A program made the translations under genes and the position numbers. Of a DNA stretch of 64,000 nt, positions 38,001 through 51,458 are shown piece after piece. The notes below the pieces were generated by a model. It saw only the letters and a program-made list of their open reading frames with translations. It was not told the origin of the DNA and did not search any database. Source of the DNA: Euprymna scolopes (lineage: Eukaryota); assembly GCA_053919585.1 (NCBI GenBank), contig CM132801.1, one strand, 5' to 3'. Every line of letters begins with the position of its first letter. Within the stretch, counting starts at the first letter, position 1.

Positions 38001-39456
38001 AGTATCGCAATAGTAAAATAAAAAAAAATCTCATTAATTAATAACATCATTTGGTAATTGCGGCCCTTAAATTTTCCTAACGATTAAAAATGTTACACAT
38101 TCGTATGTAATTTTTAACTAAATTTTAATTTGAAAGCGTTCAAAATCGGATGAATCTACGTAATAAAATATTAGAAACAAGATATATAAAAAAAATATGG
38201 ATTTCAAATAACCTACTTGATCGATCAGTACAAGAGTCGAAATACTGCAATCATAAAAACAACCAAAGCGAATTAGAAATATTTCAAATGCCGGAAATGT
38301 AAATTTCTATGAAATCCTCAGCCATACACTCTATAAATGCAATTGAATGAGTAGATGGAAAATGCTGCTAGAAAGACGTTAAGCGTCTTTTACAGGACTC
38401 TAAAAATCACTATTTGCCTAGCATAAAGTACACCATTGGCTTCGTCCACAATTTCTAATCGTAAAACTCCATCATGCAGAATTGCAGTTTCGTGCTAGTC
38501 TTATAAGACTTATAAGAAATGAACCCAAATAACCGTATTGTACCTGTAACCCTCAAACGAAAATACGCGCCGACCAATCAAAGTAGCGGTTAAATCGTAT
38601 CCCCTTAATGTGTAGCTCTCTAGATGTCTGGAAAATTTATACTGATGGCTTTTTTTTGTCTAATTACCTGCGTTTAGAATTCCTTTTTGTTCTTTGTTTT
38701 CCCGACAAAACTAACAAGAAATTTAACTGTAATATAAAAACTATATTTTACGTTTAAACTCTCAACCATGATATCCCAATAGAAATATGTCGCCTACAAA
38801 AACAACATTTCACCAAACAGTGGCATTAGCTTTGTTCGGAATAAATAAAATTCTGTAAATAATGTAAAACACATAAAATAAATTTAGACACGTTTTCACG
38901 ATAATCGATGTATAAAAGTGATTTATATCCTATAAATTAAAAAGCCAATTAACGATACGTTTTTTCCCGTATTTTTCTCCAAAATAAGTTATTTATATTA
39001 AAGAATATACAAGATTTCGACTTTAAAAGTCCACATAAGGTCATGGAATATTTCTTTGTAAATCAGTTTTTCTCATGTTGCACAAGACATTCAAACTAAC
39101 CATGATTAATAACTCCACGGATTATGATCCACCAAAGAGTTCATGTCTACAATGGGATAGACAAAAATACCAGGACATGATGAAGGCCTTTTAAGTAGAA
39201 AGTGTTTATTATTTAAGATAAATCGTTTATTTTTGAGAGAGAAAAAAAGAAGAACATATCGGTATTAGACTTTCTAATTTCTATAATTCAAATACGCAAT
39301 GAAGTTTTCCAAGTGCCAACGTTTTAAAGTTACTTGTAATCATGTATCTAACAAACGAAACAACTGTGACGTGTGCATGTTGTGTATGCCTGTCTACATT
39401 ATACCACAAAAATCATAGACACATTCTTATCATATTTCTGTTATATTCTTATATTG

Positions 39457-40798
39457 TAGGCACCGCCAAAACTGGGGGGCAGGTCAGTACTTTTTGACGG
39501 ACCATCTTTTTAAAAATCTACCAAAAATCAGGTAATTATCCGATCAATACGAAATTTTCAGCGATTATTAGGAGAAGAATGAACTTTATAACAGTGTACT
39601 TATTTTTCATAAACGATATTTATATATATATTTTTTTGCTTACAAAACCCCCCCTTGTTTTGAAGTGGGAACAAATATGCTTAAAATAATCATCTGAAAC
39701 TGAACAAAACATATTGTGTTGTAGTAAGGGACAGAATTATAGATTAAAAAAAAAAAAAATTGTTTGCATACCTTATTTTGACGCCTGAATATCAGAACTT
39801 CGATTGTGTTAAATTATCCCGCTTTTGAGTTTTGAAGTGTGAAATTCGGTGAATATGTTAAGTAAAATAATTAATTTAAGTTAAGCAAAACAAAAAAAAA
39901 ATTTTTTTTATATTTATACGAAAAAAGCCATTTTAAAATTTTTGATAAATAAATTAACAATTTTTTTTTAGCGAGCCGAATAATGCATGACCATTATTAA
40001 ACAGAGCATGCTTTGAATAATCGATACAAAAAAAAAAATTCGATAAATATTGTGCCCTTTGTGTTAAAAATAGCATCATTTTTTTCGATCTCGTTTGAAA
40101 ACGTTTGCCGCCTTTCGACTACGGTGGACCAAACGCGCTGAAATAATTTTTTTTATTCTGCTTTAAATTGCCCCCTCCCCCCCATTTTGGGGAGCCTGGC
40201 CCCCACACACATACACATTAAAAACCAAACTCATACAAATGGTCACCCATCTGGTACTGGCCAGCCTCAGCTTAATAATACATTGAAATTTTTGTCACTG
40301 AAAAATAAGTTTTTTTGGCCTGTTTGGTCTTCCATAGTTTTCGTCTCATCAAAAGAAAACGTAAATAGAGTCGATCTGAACTCTACGGCGACGCGAAATA
40401 TCTGGTTACCTATATGAATAAGTGGAATTATTTGAAATTCAGGTACTTATATTATAATATTTTTGCATATTCTCTTAGAAAAGCATCCTAAATCTTAGTT
40501 AGACAATAAATAAATAAATTAATTATTTCAAAAACCTTTTTTTTTTAATATTTATGTACGTTTTTTGTGCAAGACAAAAAATGTCAATTGTTAACTTTTT
40601 GGGAAAATTTAACATTTAAAATTTAATTAAAAATAGTAGAAAAAGTTTTACATTATTCTGTTTTCTATATGATAAAATTCAGGGTTTTATCTTTCTGGAA
40701 AAAAAAAAGTTACTCAGAAATAATGGATTTTAATAAATGTAATTTAGTTTTAAAAAACAACAACAACTTGATTTTGCGGCCATTTTTGGCGGTGCCTA
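39457..40798. mobile_element. Non-autonomous hAT-type DNA transposon (1342 bp)
   Basis: 15-bp perfect TIR TAGGCACCGCCAAAA / TTTTGGCGGTGCCTA. 8-bp TSD TTATATTG at 39449-39456 and 40799-40806. No coding capacity. Confidence 0.9.
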
Positions 40799-41825
40799 TT
40801 ATATTGTAAAGATATTTTTATTATATTTTGAATAATAATTTTATGTAATTTAGGCGACATATTAATCTTTATGCTATATGGTATCGTAATATTTATCCGT
40901 TGTCAACATATGGATTATCTTTCCTTGTTGTTTATAATTCGTGCTGTACGAGTTACTTCCCTTAGAAAATAAAGATGTCATCCGATTCGTTTCGCCTCCT
41001 TAATATTACACATTCATACTAATAATATTACAAAAATGGTACAACATGGTGGCAACGATAAAACTCGACTATAAGCCGGTACTAAAGTTTAGGGAGGGGT
41101 TCCTCATTGAGTGATAAAACCCTTATTGATTGATTGACCGATTAAAATGTGTTTTACTTATTATTTAAAAATAATTCCGTATATATGTCTTATATGTTCA
41201 ATTATATATAACATCGCAGACCAGACACACCAGAAAATTCAAAATCTAGAAGTCTAAGATTCAATAATCTTCTCGGCATACAAAGTGATTTAGATTTCGG
41301 ATCCTAAATGTTGATGTGTCCTAATGAAAAGTCAAAACTCCGGTGGTGCTCGAATTTAGGGCTTCCAATCTATAGCTTTCGTGGTTTTTGAGGGCTGCGA
41401 TATTGTGTTTGATTGTGGATAAGAATGTACATATTATCACTTTTTAGATTTAACATTGCTTACGGAGTTTGCTAGTAAGATGGTTTCGTTACTTCTGAAA
41501 CATCTACCTGAGTTCTTCCTACTTACTCAACTGCAAAGGGTATGTTTAATTAGTCGTTGATTGTGGTTTGTAAGTTCTTTGATAATTGTAAGACTCTCCT
41601 GCGTGTGACTTGAGTACAGATCATTTTTCTAGAATACAAGTGACTAATTTGAAATCTTCAGATTAGCTGTATTTTATTTAGGGTCGTAGAAGAAAGGCGT
41701 CACTTCAGTCCAGCGCTTTCCGTTCTGTGGCTTTTATGTTGTAGGAAGCCTACAGTAATTAACCTTATTGTACAAAATACACACACATATAAGAGTAACA
41801 GTCTTAAAAAAGAATGACTGCACAA

Positions 41826-41899
<74 letters not shown>

Positions 41900-43407
41900 G
41901 AGAGACATAGAGAGAATGAGATGAAGATGAGAGAAGTGGAAGAAATTAGTTAACGTATGAAATGTGAAAATAGACGAATAAAAAATGGTATGTTATTTTA
42001 AACTATTAATATTTTAAACTTAGAATGTGACATGGGCTAAAAACATATTTGGAAAAGAGAGACAAGGGATAAACGATAGAAAAAAGGACGATCAGATTTG
42101 CGACGAGTGGGATAGGAAAAAGGGATCGAGAAGGGAGAACATGCATGTTTAATGAAACATTCATTTTTACTTTTTATTTGTCGAGAAGATGCCCAGAAAT
42201 AAAGAAACTATGGTATTACTTTCAAGAGAAACTAATTGTATTGGACATTCACATCGTTACAATCTTATCAAAATCTGATATATCATAAATAGAAACAAAA
42301 CTGGGTCTTAAAACTTCAACTTATTTTTCAAATTCTATGATATTTAATAATTCGTAACTTATTTCTCACAAAACATAATTTATTATGCACTGGACCTTTA
42401 ATTAAAATCACCTAATTCTCTGATGATGGAAAGTGTGCTTTTTAAATAAGGTTCTTTTAATGACCTTATTTCTTGTAATAGGACATGAATTTCTAGATTA
42501 GAAATCGTACACACATATTACTGTTGCCTTATATGCATGTGGAATGTCCAGAGAAAGAACCGATATAGCATTGTTTGGTTAATTCGGATTGTTATTCTCA
42601 TATCAGTTATTATATTAACAACTTGTCGGCCGATATCAATACCGGCACATTTTAAACTGGTTGAATACTAATTAAAGTTATAATTCAAGTCCAAGTAACA
42701 CACAGCAATCTAAAGCAATCACCACACAAACCCCAAAAACATAGAGGACTTAATCTTTAAAGATTATCAAACATCAATGAAGCATATATCATGGATATAA
42801 TAAGAAACTGTAGCAAGCCGAGAAATTCTAATTTAGAAACGCTAAGAATAATTGGTTATCTTGTTGCCATTATATGCGCAGATCCGCTCTTATCCTGTGT
42901 CCGTTGTTTTGACAACAATGTAAAATGTTTCTGTATAAGATATGGAACTGGTAATACAATATGTATACGTTTACATCAATTATAATTAGTCACAGTAAAT
43001 ACTGGGAATATTAAGAACGTGAAGATATTAAGAACGTGAAGTAGAAAAGATTTTTCACAAAACGACTGCATTGAATAATCAATTAAAAGGGTTTATATGC
43101 CGTAAACCAGAGTGTAAACGGACATTTTGTTTTGAAGAACAATCTGATTCGTGCGACATTATTTATTGTATTGAAAAAAAAAAACTAAAAACAAAAAAAA
43201 AACGATCCAGCGATAGAAAAAGGAGATCTTGTTTAATGTTTTATCAAGTAGATTTTTATAGCGAAACCAACTTCCTATCACTCGGCGTACTTAATCGCTT
43301 TTGTAATGGCGCGCCATTCGTTAATTAGCCTGTTAATCATTCATGGCAAACCGCGTAGCCATCGTCATGCGCCGTTTTGAATCTGGTCACACAATATCAC
43401 AACAACA

Positions 43408-43451
<44 letters not shown>

Positions 43452-45857
43452 TGTAATTTGCGGAAAGCCATGCAAATAGAGAACTTTGCTTGGAATTTGT
43501 AGTTGGCTTTTAACATTTGGAGTCATATATTGCTTAGATTTGATTTGTCTGTTTTAAGACATATTATTCTCGCATTGGACCATGCCGAGATAATACAAAA
43601 TCTAACAATACAATGTTTTATTTTTAAATAATCCCTGGAATAGAAAGTCATAAGAAACTTCCCATATTCCTATTCCTAGAGCGTCCGTGTAAAACATTTT
43701 GATGTTATTCTATGATGATATCTGATATTGGAAAAGAGAAAACGTAATTATGTCATGATTCCAATAAAATTGCATCCTTATAATGTCTTTAATACTATTC
43801 TCACAATGTCTCGCTTACTGTAACATCCGATTTATTTTCAGGTTCATCTTGTGAAAATCGAGTCTTTTAATCATTTTGTAATCTGTACAGTATTTCGAAT
43901 GAAACCATTTATTAAATCAATGGGATTGTTTTCACGCCGTTAATGAGTCTGTGGTGCGTAATGGTATTCTTTGTGCAACCAGTTCATAGGAATTGAACTT
44001 CCAAACCCGGTAAGACTATCATTTAGTATTGCTTGTATGTTATTTTTTTGTCTGTTTCACCAAATAGTACAGCTTATCAATCATTAGCAAAAGAATCTGA
44101 AACAGTAAAATTTTATTTTCTTGATGTGAAAAGATGTAACTATGGACTTTTATTTGATATTTAGTTTTACTAGTTTTAGTGTCAAATATCAAAACAAGTT
44201 AACAGTCCTGAAAAATTTGGAAAAATATTTACTGTTTAATAACTGTAAACTTTTAAGCAGATTAGTAATTCCATTAGTGTTATTTCCGATGGTTAAAGAA
44301 CAATAACACGGGCACGGATATCAGGTCGAATATTTGTTGCAAAGTACATGTATAACTAGGTAGCTACGAGCACTCTGTCCTGCACTCTTCTGACGAAATC
44401 ACTCAATTTCTTATCACTCACTCTCGCTTCAAGTTAGGAGTAGAATTCATAAGCTGTGGAAGAATTCACAACACTCCTCTACTCTTTTAAAGAGTTTCTT
44501 ATTTTCTTTTAATAGTTTTTCTTTTTGGGGATTAATATTTAAGGGCTGCGTAAATTTACTCTTTCTACCCGACATTCGTTGTTCGGGCGTATGTTGAGGA
44601 TTCTTGAGATCAAACATGTCGTAAGTGATCTCAATGTTTCTTCCACTTGATCATGGGTGTTGATAGGATCTATTTTATACCGTTTTATTAATTGGTTAAT
44701 ATGTATCTCATGGTTATTCATTTGCATTTGGCAAATTTTCTTTGGAATGCCATAGAGTGTTACGGATAGGGTTAACTAAAAATCTGATTGTGTCTTCTGT
44801 TATTACACGGACTGTCTTGTTTCTCTTTCATCGTTTGTTTTTTTAATTTCCTTTATGTGTGAACATTAATGATTGTGAGAGTCGAACTATAATCTCGTTG
44901 CAATCTTACTGTCTTTTACGATTATGACTACGACGTATTTTCATGAATTCTACATTTTCCTTACATCTAGCTTGGCTGATTTTGTTGTGATTGTTGTCTT
45001 ATTTCTAAAGTACGTCGCTTTGTTGTTGATTTTACCACAATTATTACATATCTTGTTTCGGTAAAAACAGTCTTTCGCCTAATCCCGTCTTCTCCAACGA
45101 TAGAATAGGTTTAGATTAAATATTTGCTTTTAAAATAGGCAACTAATTTTTACCTATGATTGGACATGATTTCTCTATATTTTCCATTGGGTAATTTCTT
45201 GACTTGTACAAAATTCTGTTAGCATATGATACAAAGATTCCTCGATATTCTGGGAATCATTTTTAACAATGATTACCAGTGAAAATCTTTGGTCAGTTTT
45301 TTGCAGCAGTAACCTAATGTACTTGCTAGTCTTGATAGAGCTCTCCGTCTTATCTCCGGGTTTTTTTGCGGAGATAAACTCTTAGGCGAATATTAAGCAC
45401 TTTATCTCGTCGGCCGACGATTTCAGCCATCGAAATCGTCAAAACATTTTTTTTAAAAGAATGCGAAAGTAATATAATCTTCTTTATCTGATTATTACAA
45501 GTTGAAACACTTACAAATTTTGTGGAATAATGTTTAATTAGAGTTGAATAAGTCAGACAAAATTGTAATAGTTTCAGAGAATTCTAATTCGCTTGTTTTC
45601 CTCGGTATAATATGTTCAACAAATTTACTGTTCTTAAAAGTGGGCGAACCTTTTCAGCGTCGGATCAATCCTCACAGAATACTGTAAAATGATGTTCATA
45701 AATTGCAGAGAAAGCATCAAATGTTTCATCTTCATCCAAAAGATAATAAATGTCTCAAAAGAATTTCATTTTTTTCTTTTCACTCATTTAATTTTAATTT
45801 GATTTAATTTAATTTAATCTAAATTTTAATTAGTGTTTTAAAAACTAATTCTGTTTA

Positions 45858-47330
45858 ATGTCTTTTTGAATTGAAATGAAAATCTTTTTGACTTGAAATG
45901 TAACACTTGTTGACTTGAAATGAAAATCTTTTTGACTTGAAATGAAAATCTTTTTGACTTGAAATGAAAATCTCTTTGATTGAAATGAAAATCATTTTCA
46001 GTTGCAATGAAAATCTTTTGGATTTATAATGAAAATCTTTTTGAATTGAAATGAAAATCTCTTTGATTGAAATGAAAATCATTTTGAGTTGCAATGAAAA
46101 TCTTTTGGATTTATAATGAAAATCTTTTTGAATTGAAATCGAAAATCTTTTTGACTTGAAATGAACATCTTTTGACTTGAAATGAAAATCTTTTCGCTTG
46201 AACTAAAATTTTTTGACTTGAAATGAAAATCATTTTGACTTGAACAGAAAAGCTTTTGACTTTAAATGAAAAACTTTTTGAATTGAAATGAAAATCTCTT
46301 TGGCTTTAAATGAAAAGCTTTTTGACTTGAACTAACAAGCTTTTTGACGAAATGAAAATATTTTGACTTGAAATGAAAATCCTTTTAATTTGAAATGAAA
46401 ATTTTCTTTGACTTGAAATGAAAAGCTTTTTTACTTGAAATGAACATTTTTTTTACTTGAAATGAAAATCTTTTTGACTTGAAATGAAAATCTTTTTAAT
46501 TTGAAATGAACATTTTTTTTAATTGAAATGAAAATCTTTTTGGCTTGAAATGAAAATCTTTTTTACTTGAAATGAAAATCTTTTTGGCTTGAAATGAAAA
46601 TCTTTTGGAATTGAAATGAAAATCTTTTTAATTTGAAATGAAAATCCTTTTGACTTGGAATGAAAAAGCTTTTTGACTTGAAATGAAAACCTTTTTGACT
46701 TGAAATGAGAATCTTTTTGACTTGAAATGAAAATATTTTTGAATTTGAAATTAAATTTTTTTGACTTGAAATGAAAAACTTTTTTACTTGAAATGAAACA
46801 CTTTTTGAATTTAAATGAAAATCTTTTTGACTTTAAATGTAACACTTGTTGACTTGAAATGAAAATCTTTTTGACTTGAAATGAAAATCTTTTTGACTTG
46901 AAATGAACATCGTTTTAATTTGAAATGAACATTTTTTTTGGCTTGAAATTAAAAGCTTTTTTTACTTGAAATCCAAATCTTTTTGACTTGAAATCAAAAT
47001 CTTTTGGAATTGAAATGAAAATCTTTTTAATTTGAAATGAAAATCCTTTTGACTTGGAATGAAAAAGCTTTTTGACTTGAAATGAAAACCTTTTTGACTT
47101 GAAATGAAAATCTTTTTGACTTGAAATGAAAATCTTTTTGACTTGAAATGAAAAACTTTTTTACTTGAAATGAAACACTTTTTGAATTTAAATGAAAATC
47201 TTTTTGACTTGAAATGTAACACTTGTTGACTTGAAATGAAAATCTTTTTGACTTGAAATGAAAATCTTTTTGACTTGAAATGAAAATCTTTTGACTTGAA
47301 ATGAAAATCTTTTACAATTGAAATGAAAAG
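45858..47330. repeat. 22-bp satellite array (consensus tctttttgacttgaaatgaaaa), roughly 65-70 copies
   Basis: Direct reading; it generates the spurious KRFSFQVKK / KDFHFK ORFs. Confidence 0.97.
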
Positions 47331-47599
47331 CGTTTTGTTCGTTTTGCTGTATTTGCTTGTCTTCGGCTTCTTTTTACTCTTGCATACGTTTCTTTTGTGC
47401 TTGCCGTTGAAAAAGTATACGTTACTTTTCCTTTGGTTGGTGATCAAATTATGCCTTCATTCTTTGGAAAATATCAATAACTACTGCAAAGACCTCCATA
47501 ATCTCTTCAAATACATTCATCTTTTAGAGACAAAACCGCATCAAGGCAAAACATTTTTTTAATCGCAGAATGAAAAATCATTCTCTTTATAAATTCTTC

Positions 47600-48200
47600 A
47601 CTGTAAAAATGTCTACAGTTTAGAAGCTTATTGTGTGTGTGTGTGTGTCTGTTATTGTCGTTGAGGAACAATAAATGCTTTGGTCATAGCAACAAGAGAG
47701 AATGACTTACAAAATTTAGATTAGAATTCTTCGTTTAGAAACATTAAGTGAATACTATTATTGCATCCAAAATAATCTGTTTGGTATTGGGTAGTTCCAA
47801 ATGAATATGAATAGCCATCAGGGTAAAACTAAATCTTCATTCATAGGCGAACTGGGCTATGTTTGATTTTAGTAACCCCTCCCTGCTCCAGTAGGATAAC
47901 ACATAAATGTGTATTTCCCATTATTCTTGACTTCTGTTTTGTCAAAATGCTTTTTAAGGTAGCTTTTGCGGTGACTTGGCAGTTTATTCACGGATGCGAG
48001 GTGTTTTATTGTGATATTTTTTGGATTACAAATGTTATCGTAAGAATTGGGAAACATTCTATATCACATATATACGCATGGATTCCGTTGCATATAGAAC
48101 AAGCGTGTGTGTTGTTTTCCAGCGAATCTCTATTTTCACAGATACGTGTTAAATCTCTCCTAGCTTAAACAATTTTTCTTTATAAGATTAGATTGTTCAT
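47600..48200 (-). mobile_element. Possible very old LINE RT remnant
   Basis: Weak motif echoes only: YLKKHFD, EVKNNGK..PTGAGRGY (similar to GVRQG). Confidence 0.3.
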
Positions 48201-48596
48201 TATGAGCCTGTGTGTAACTGATGGCTTAGTGCTCGTAGAGATATATTTGCTTCACTATCGGGCAACTCTTTAACTATGTTCTTTGGTCACAGGAAATGTT
48301 ATTTTCTTGTTTGGAATTAGGATTTAATAGAATGGGATTTCTAATACTTGATGTTCACTTATGGTGTTATATGATTTTTTCCTTTGTAAAATATAATCTA
48401 AGTAATATAAGATTTCATTAGAATCTTCCTTAATCTAAAGACATTGTTTCTTTACTCGGCAGACTCTCAAATGCTTGTTAGGCTTCTCACAAGTGTTGAC
48501 ATGTTAGAATAAATATCACACGTTGTAACTGGCAAGAATTCATTCCCGGTTTGTAATGTAACGTATTACAATGCGCCATATAAACTCAGAAAAAAG

Positions 48597-48947
48597 TCCG
48601 GTCTTGTCAGTGGGGCATTAGAATACACCGACTTCCCCCCTGCAGAGGGTAAAAGTCCCTCAATGGGTGTCCTGAATATGACCTTAAACTATATCCAGTG
48701 GTGAGGCCCCAGCTTGTGGGCTTTAGGGAGTGTGGATCCACCCTTTAATTACCATTGCTCCCAGGTCCACTCTGACCCGGAGTGGTAGTACCTGTTAGGG
48801 TCCCAACTATGGGTTAAATAGAAACCGACGTGAAAATAACAAATATATTCTATAAAAATAATTTTTCTTCAAAATCTTTGGATTCGGCATTAAATAACCC
48901 GAAAAGGGTTGATATGCCGTAAAACAAAAACAACCAACCAAGCAACC
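48597..48947 (+). mobile_element. Short interspersed repeat resembling an RTE 5'UTR-derived element
   Basis: GC-rich block ..agaatacaccgact..ctgcagagggtaa..gtgtcctgaatatgac..ggtgaggccccag..ctcccaggtccactctgacccggagtggtagtacctgttagggtcc, ending gggttgatatgccgtaaaacaaaaacaaccaacca. Recognised from memory as a high-copy octopod repeat; not database-checked. Confidence 0.65.
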
Positions 48948-49149
48948 AGGAAAAAGTCGGTTTCTTGAAATTTTTATCGCAGTAGACATCCGCACAATAG
49001 TCATGTCGGCAATATTTGCCATTAAAGTTTTATCACGCAATGTTGACTTGAATACGTCAGAATGACGGACATTCTGCTCGGGAAATTTGAGTGTTCCGGT
49101 TTTGTGTCGTCTGTTATGCCTCAGATTAGTTGGCCCTTGAGGTACATGT

Positions 49150-50330
49150 CAAACATATTATCCTCATAAAAGGACATAAAAATTGCAATCCAATACTGTG
49201 ACTTGGATATAGAGAAGGTAGTTCTCTATTGTCCAAATCTCACCTTCTACGTAAAAGCAAATGTAAGGCGATGATCAATGAGATTTTCCATCTGAAAGAT
49301 CAATATCTTTATTAGAATATCAGCGTGCGTAGATGTGATTGGCTGCTAGTTCAAAATGTGCATTTTCTTCAGTAAAGCAATAGTTATTCTGTTAAATGGG
49401 TGCCTCTTGGATCACTTATGCGAGTAATTGTCATTGTGATCTTACAGTAGTTCAGTTAACCTTTCGGTCTTTTAAGGTATACTGTTGCGTAACACAATCC
49501 TGCATACTAATGCGCGATAAAGTTTCAGAATCATTCGAAGTACTGTCTACCAATTGCTAAAAATGGGTTCCGTCGCCAACAGTTTTCAATTATGCCATTG
49601 ACTGGGGCACTTCGAATTCCTTAAAAGAGTTTCACACTGTCAGTTAGATTCAACTCCGCTGTCAAAGACTTGGATTGCCTAGATATATCCGCCACTCAGT
49701 AAACCGTTTGCTAATGTTAGGCAGATATTAAAGAGTTTTGCAGATTGGACTGAAAATAAATGATTCGAAGCCAAAAATACACGGCGCTGAATAAACTCCA
49801 ATTGACAAGATACCCACTGTCTTTAATTGTGCCATTCTTGAAGAGGTTGAGAGTTTAAAATATATTTACCCCATCATCCAAGCCATGAGCCAAGTTAGAG
49901 GTGACATCAAAGTGCAAATTGGACATGCATTTCATGTTTTTATTAACTTTATTGCCGGCTCTCGCCCAGATCTTAGGTGAGACGCAACATCAAAACTGCT
50001 AAGCGCTGGTGTGAACAATCCTCCTTTATGCAGTGAGTCCTTACCAATGAGATTGAATTGTGCACGGCAATTAAAAACATTAGATTATCACTACCCACGC
50101 CGTATTTTTCCTGTCTGATTGCAGCGCTTCCTCTCAAACAACACAATATGTTTCCTTTGTGAAATAAACCCCAAGAAAGACATTCTCACGAAATGTCTAC
50201 GCTGGAAGGGTTAGAGGAATAAAACTATGAAGCAATTGTTCTCGCTACCCTACAGGGTTAGACAAAGTGATGTGCTGGACAAAGACATATTGGATGATGA
50301 CGATTAAAGGTTACTTGTAACCCAGTCTGA
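49150..50330 (+). mobile_element. RTE-clade LINE RT remnant, highly decayed
   Basis: Fragments PSPTVFNYAIDW, IGLKINDSKPK, LEEVESLKYI, DIKVQIGHA, TILLYA and QLKTLDYHYPRRIF. Confidence 0.65.
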
Positions 50331-50914
50331 GAAGTTAAAACGATGTAAAACAAACATACTTTGTGAAGAATCTGAGGCAAATATGGATGGGGCCGATTTA
50401 CACACTTCGGTCGAATGTTGCTTCAAAATATTGAATCCATCAGTGGGTATATGTATCTTTGTTTTTATGCATTTGTATGTGTGACATGTGCCTTAACATG
50501 AGCATTGATTTAATCGCTTTCATCATTATTTAGAACATCAATCAATACATGTTTGATGCAAGAGAGTTGAATATTTCAGCAGGACATAATTTTTACTATT
50601 GATCCTGAGAGGAAAAACTATCCAAATCGCTCGAGCGTGAATCCAGGCAAAAACTAATAAAAGATAGGAATACAAAAATAAAACACGTTCTTTCGTATTC
50701 CAATCGGTTTTGTCAATCATCCCAGAACACATCTCTCTAATTGAATTAGTTAATAATTAAAGGTGGACATAAATGCAAGATTCTATTCCCAATTTAACAT
50801 AGTCTTTATCACAAAAATTTATTATTTACACTATAACACAATGCAACAATATGTAATCATATTTCATGAGAAGGCACAATAAGGTCTTAATTACCTAAAA
50901 ATCTTATTGCACAC

Positions 50915-50978
<64 letters not shown>

Positions 50979-51039
50979 CCTAAAATCCTTTTAGCATATT
51001 ATATTAAAAATATAGTTATGAAATAAAATGTTAAAGTCA

Positions 51040-51101
<62 letters not shown>

Positions 51102-51138
51102 ATATATATATAGTAATTTATAAAATATATATGTCGAT

Positions 51139-51191
51139 TAAGCTACACTGAATATTCGGCGTTTCATCCACTCTAGGATTCCTCAGGCTTA
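51139..51191 (-). ncRNA. Type I hammerhead ribozyme (mirror copy)
   Basis: Exact reverse complement of 51198-51250. Confidence 0.88.
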
Positions 51192-51197
51192 TGCGCA

Positions 51198-51250
51198 TAA
51201 GCCTGAGGAATCCTAGAGTGGATGAAACGCCGAATATTCAGTGTAGCTTA
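51198..51250 (+). ncRNA. Type I hammerhead ribozyme
   Basis: TAAGC CTGAGGA ATCC-tagagt-GGAT GAAA C-gccgaatattcagt-G TA GCTTA. 5-bp stem I, 4-bp stem II, near-palindromic stem III, GUA triplet. Confidence 0.88.
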
Positions 51251-51380
51251 ATCGACATATATATTTTATAAATTACTAACTAGCTCTATCTATGTATTGA
51301 CCACTTTTGAAGTAAATACTTAAAGTTTACGCATAAATCTATACTTTCGTATATTAATTTTATGTGAGTAAATGAAGTAG

Positions 51381-51454
<74 letters not shown>

Positions 51455-51458
51455 TAAA

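Larger units (their letters stand above)
51111..51382 (+). mobile_element. ORF-less hammerhead cassette with a perfect 84-bp fold-back, between two (TA)n tracts
   Basis: 51111-51194 is the exact reverse complement of 51195-51278 with no spacer. Tail 51311-51382 is identical to the reverse complement of 63919-63990. Confidence 0.85.

Noticed and set aside
43842-44009. Candidate exon with ttttcag acceptor and gtaaga donor
   Set aside because: Stops in all three frames and no partner exons; cannot be supported without RNA data.
45855-47447. Repetitive ORFs KRFSFQVKKIFISSQKDFHF, and NNNFNSRCI at 31524-31871
   Set aside because: Products of the 22-bp and 27-bp tandem arrays.
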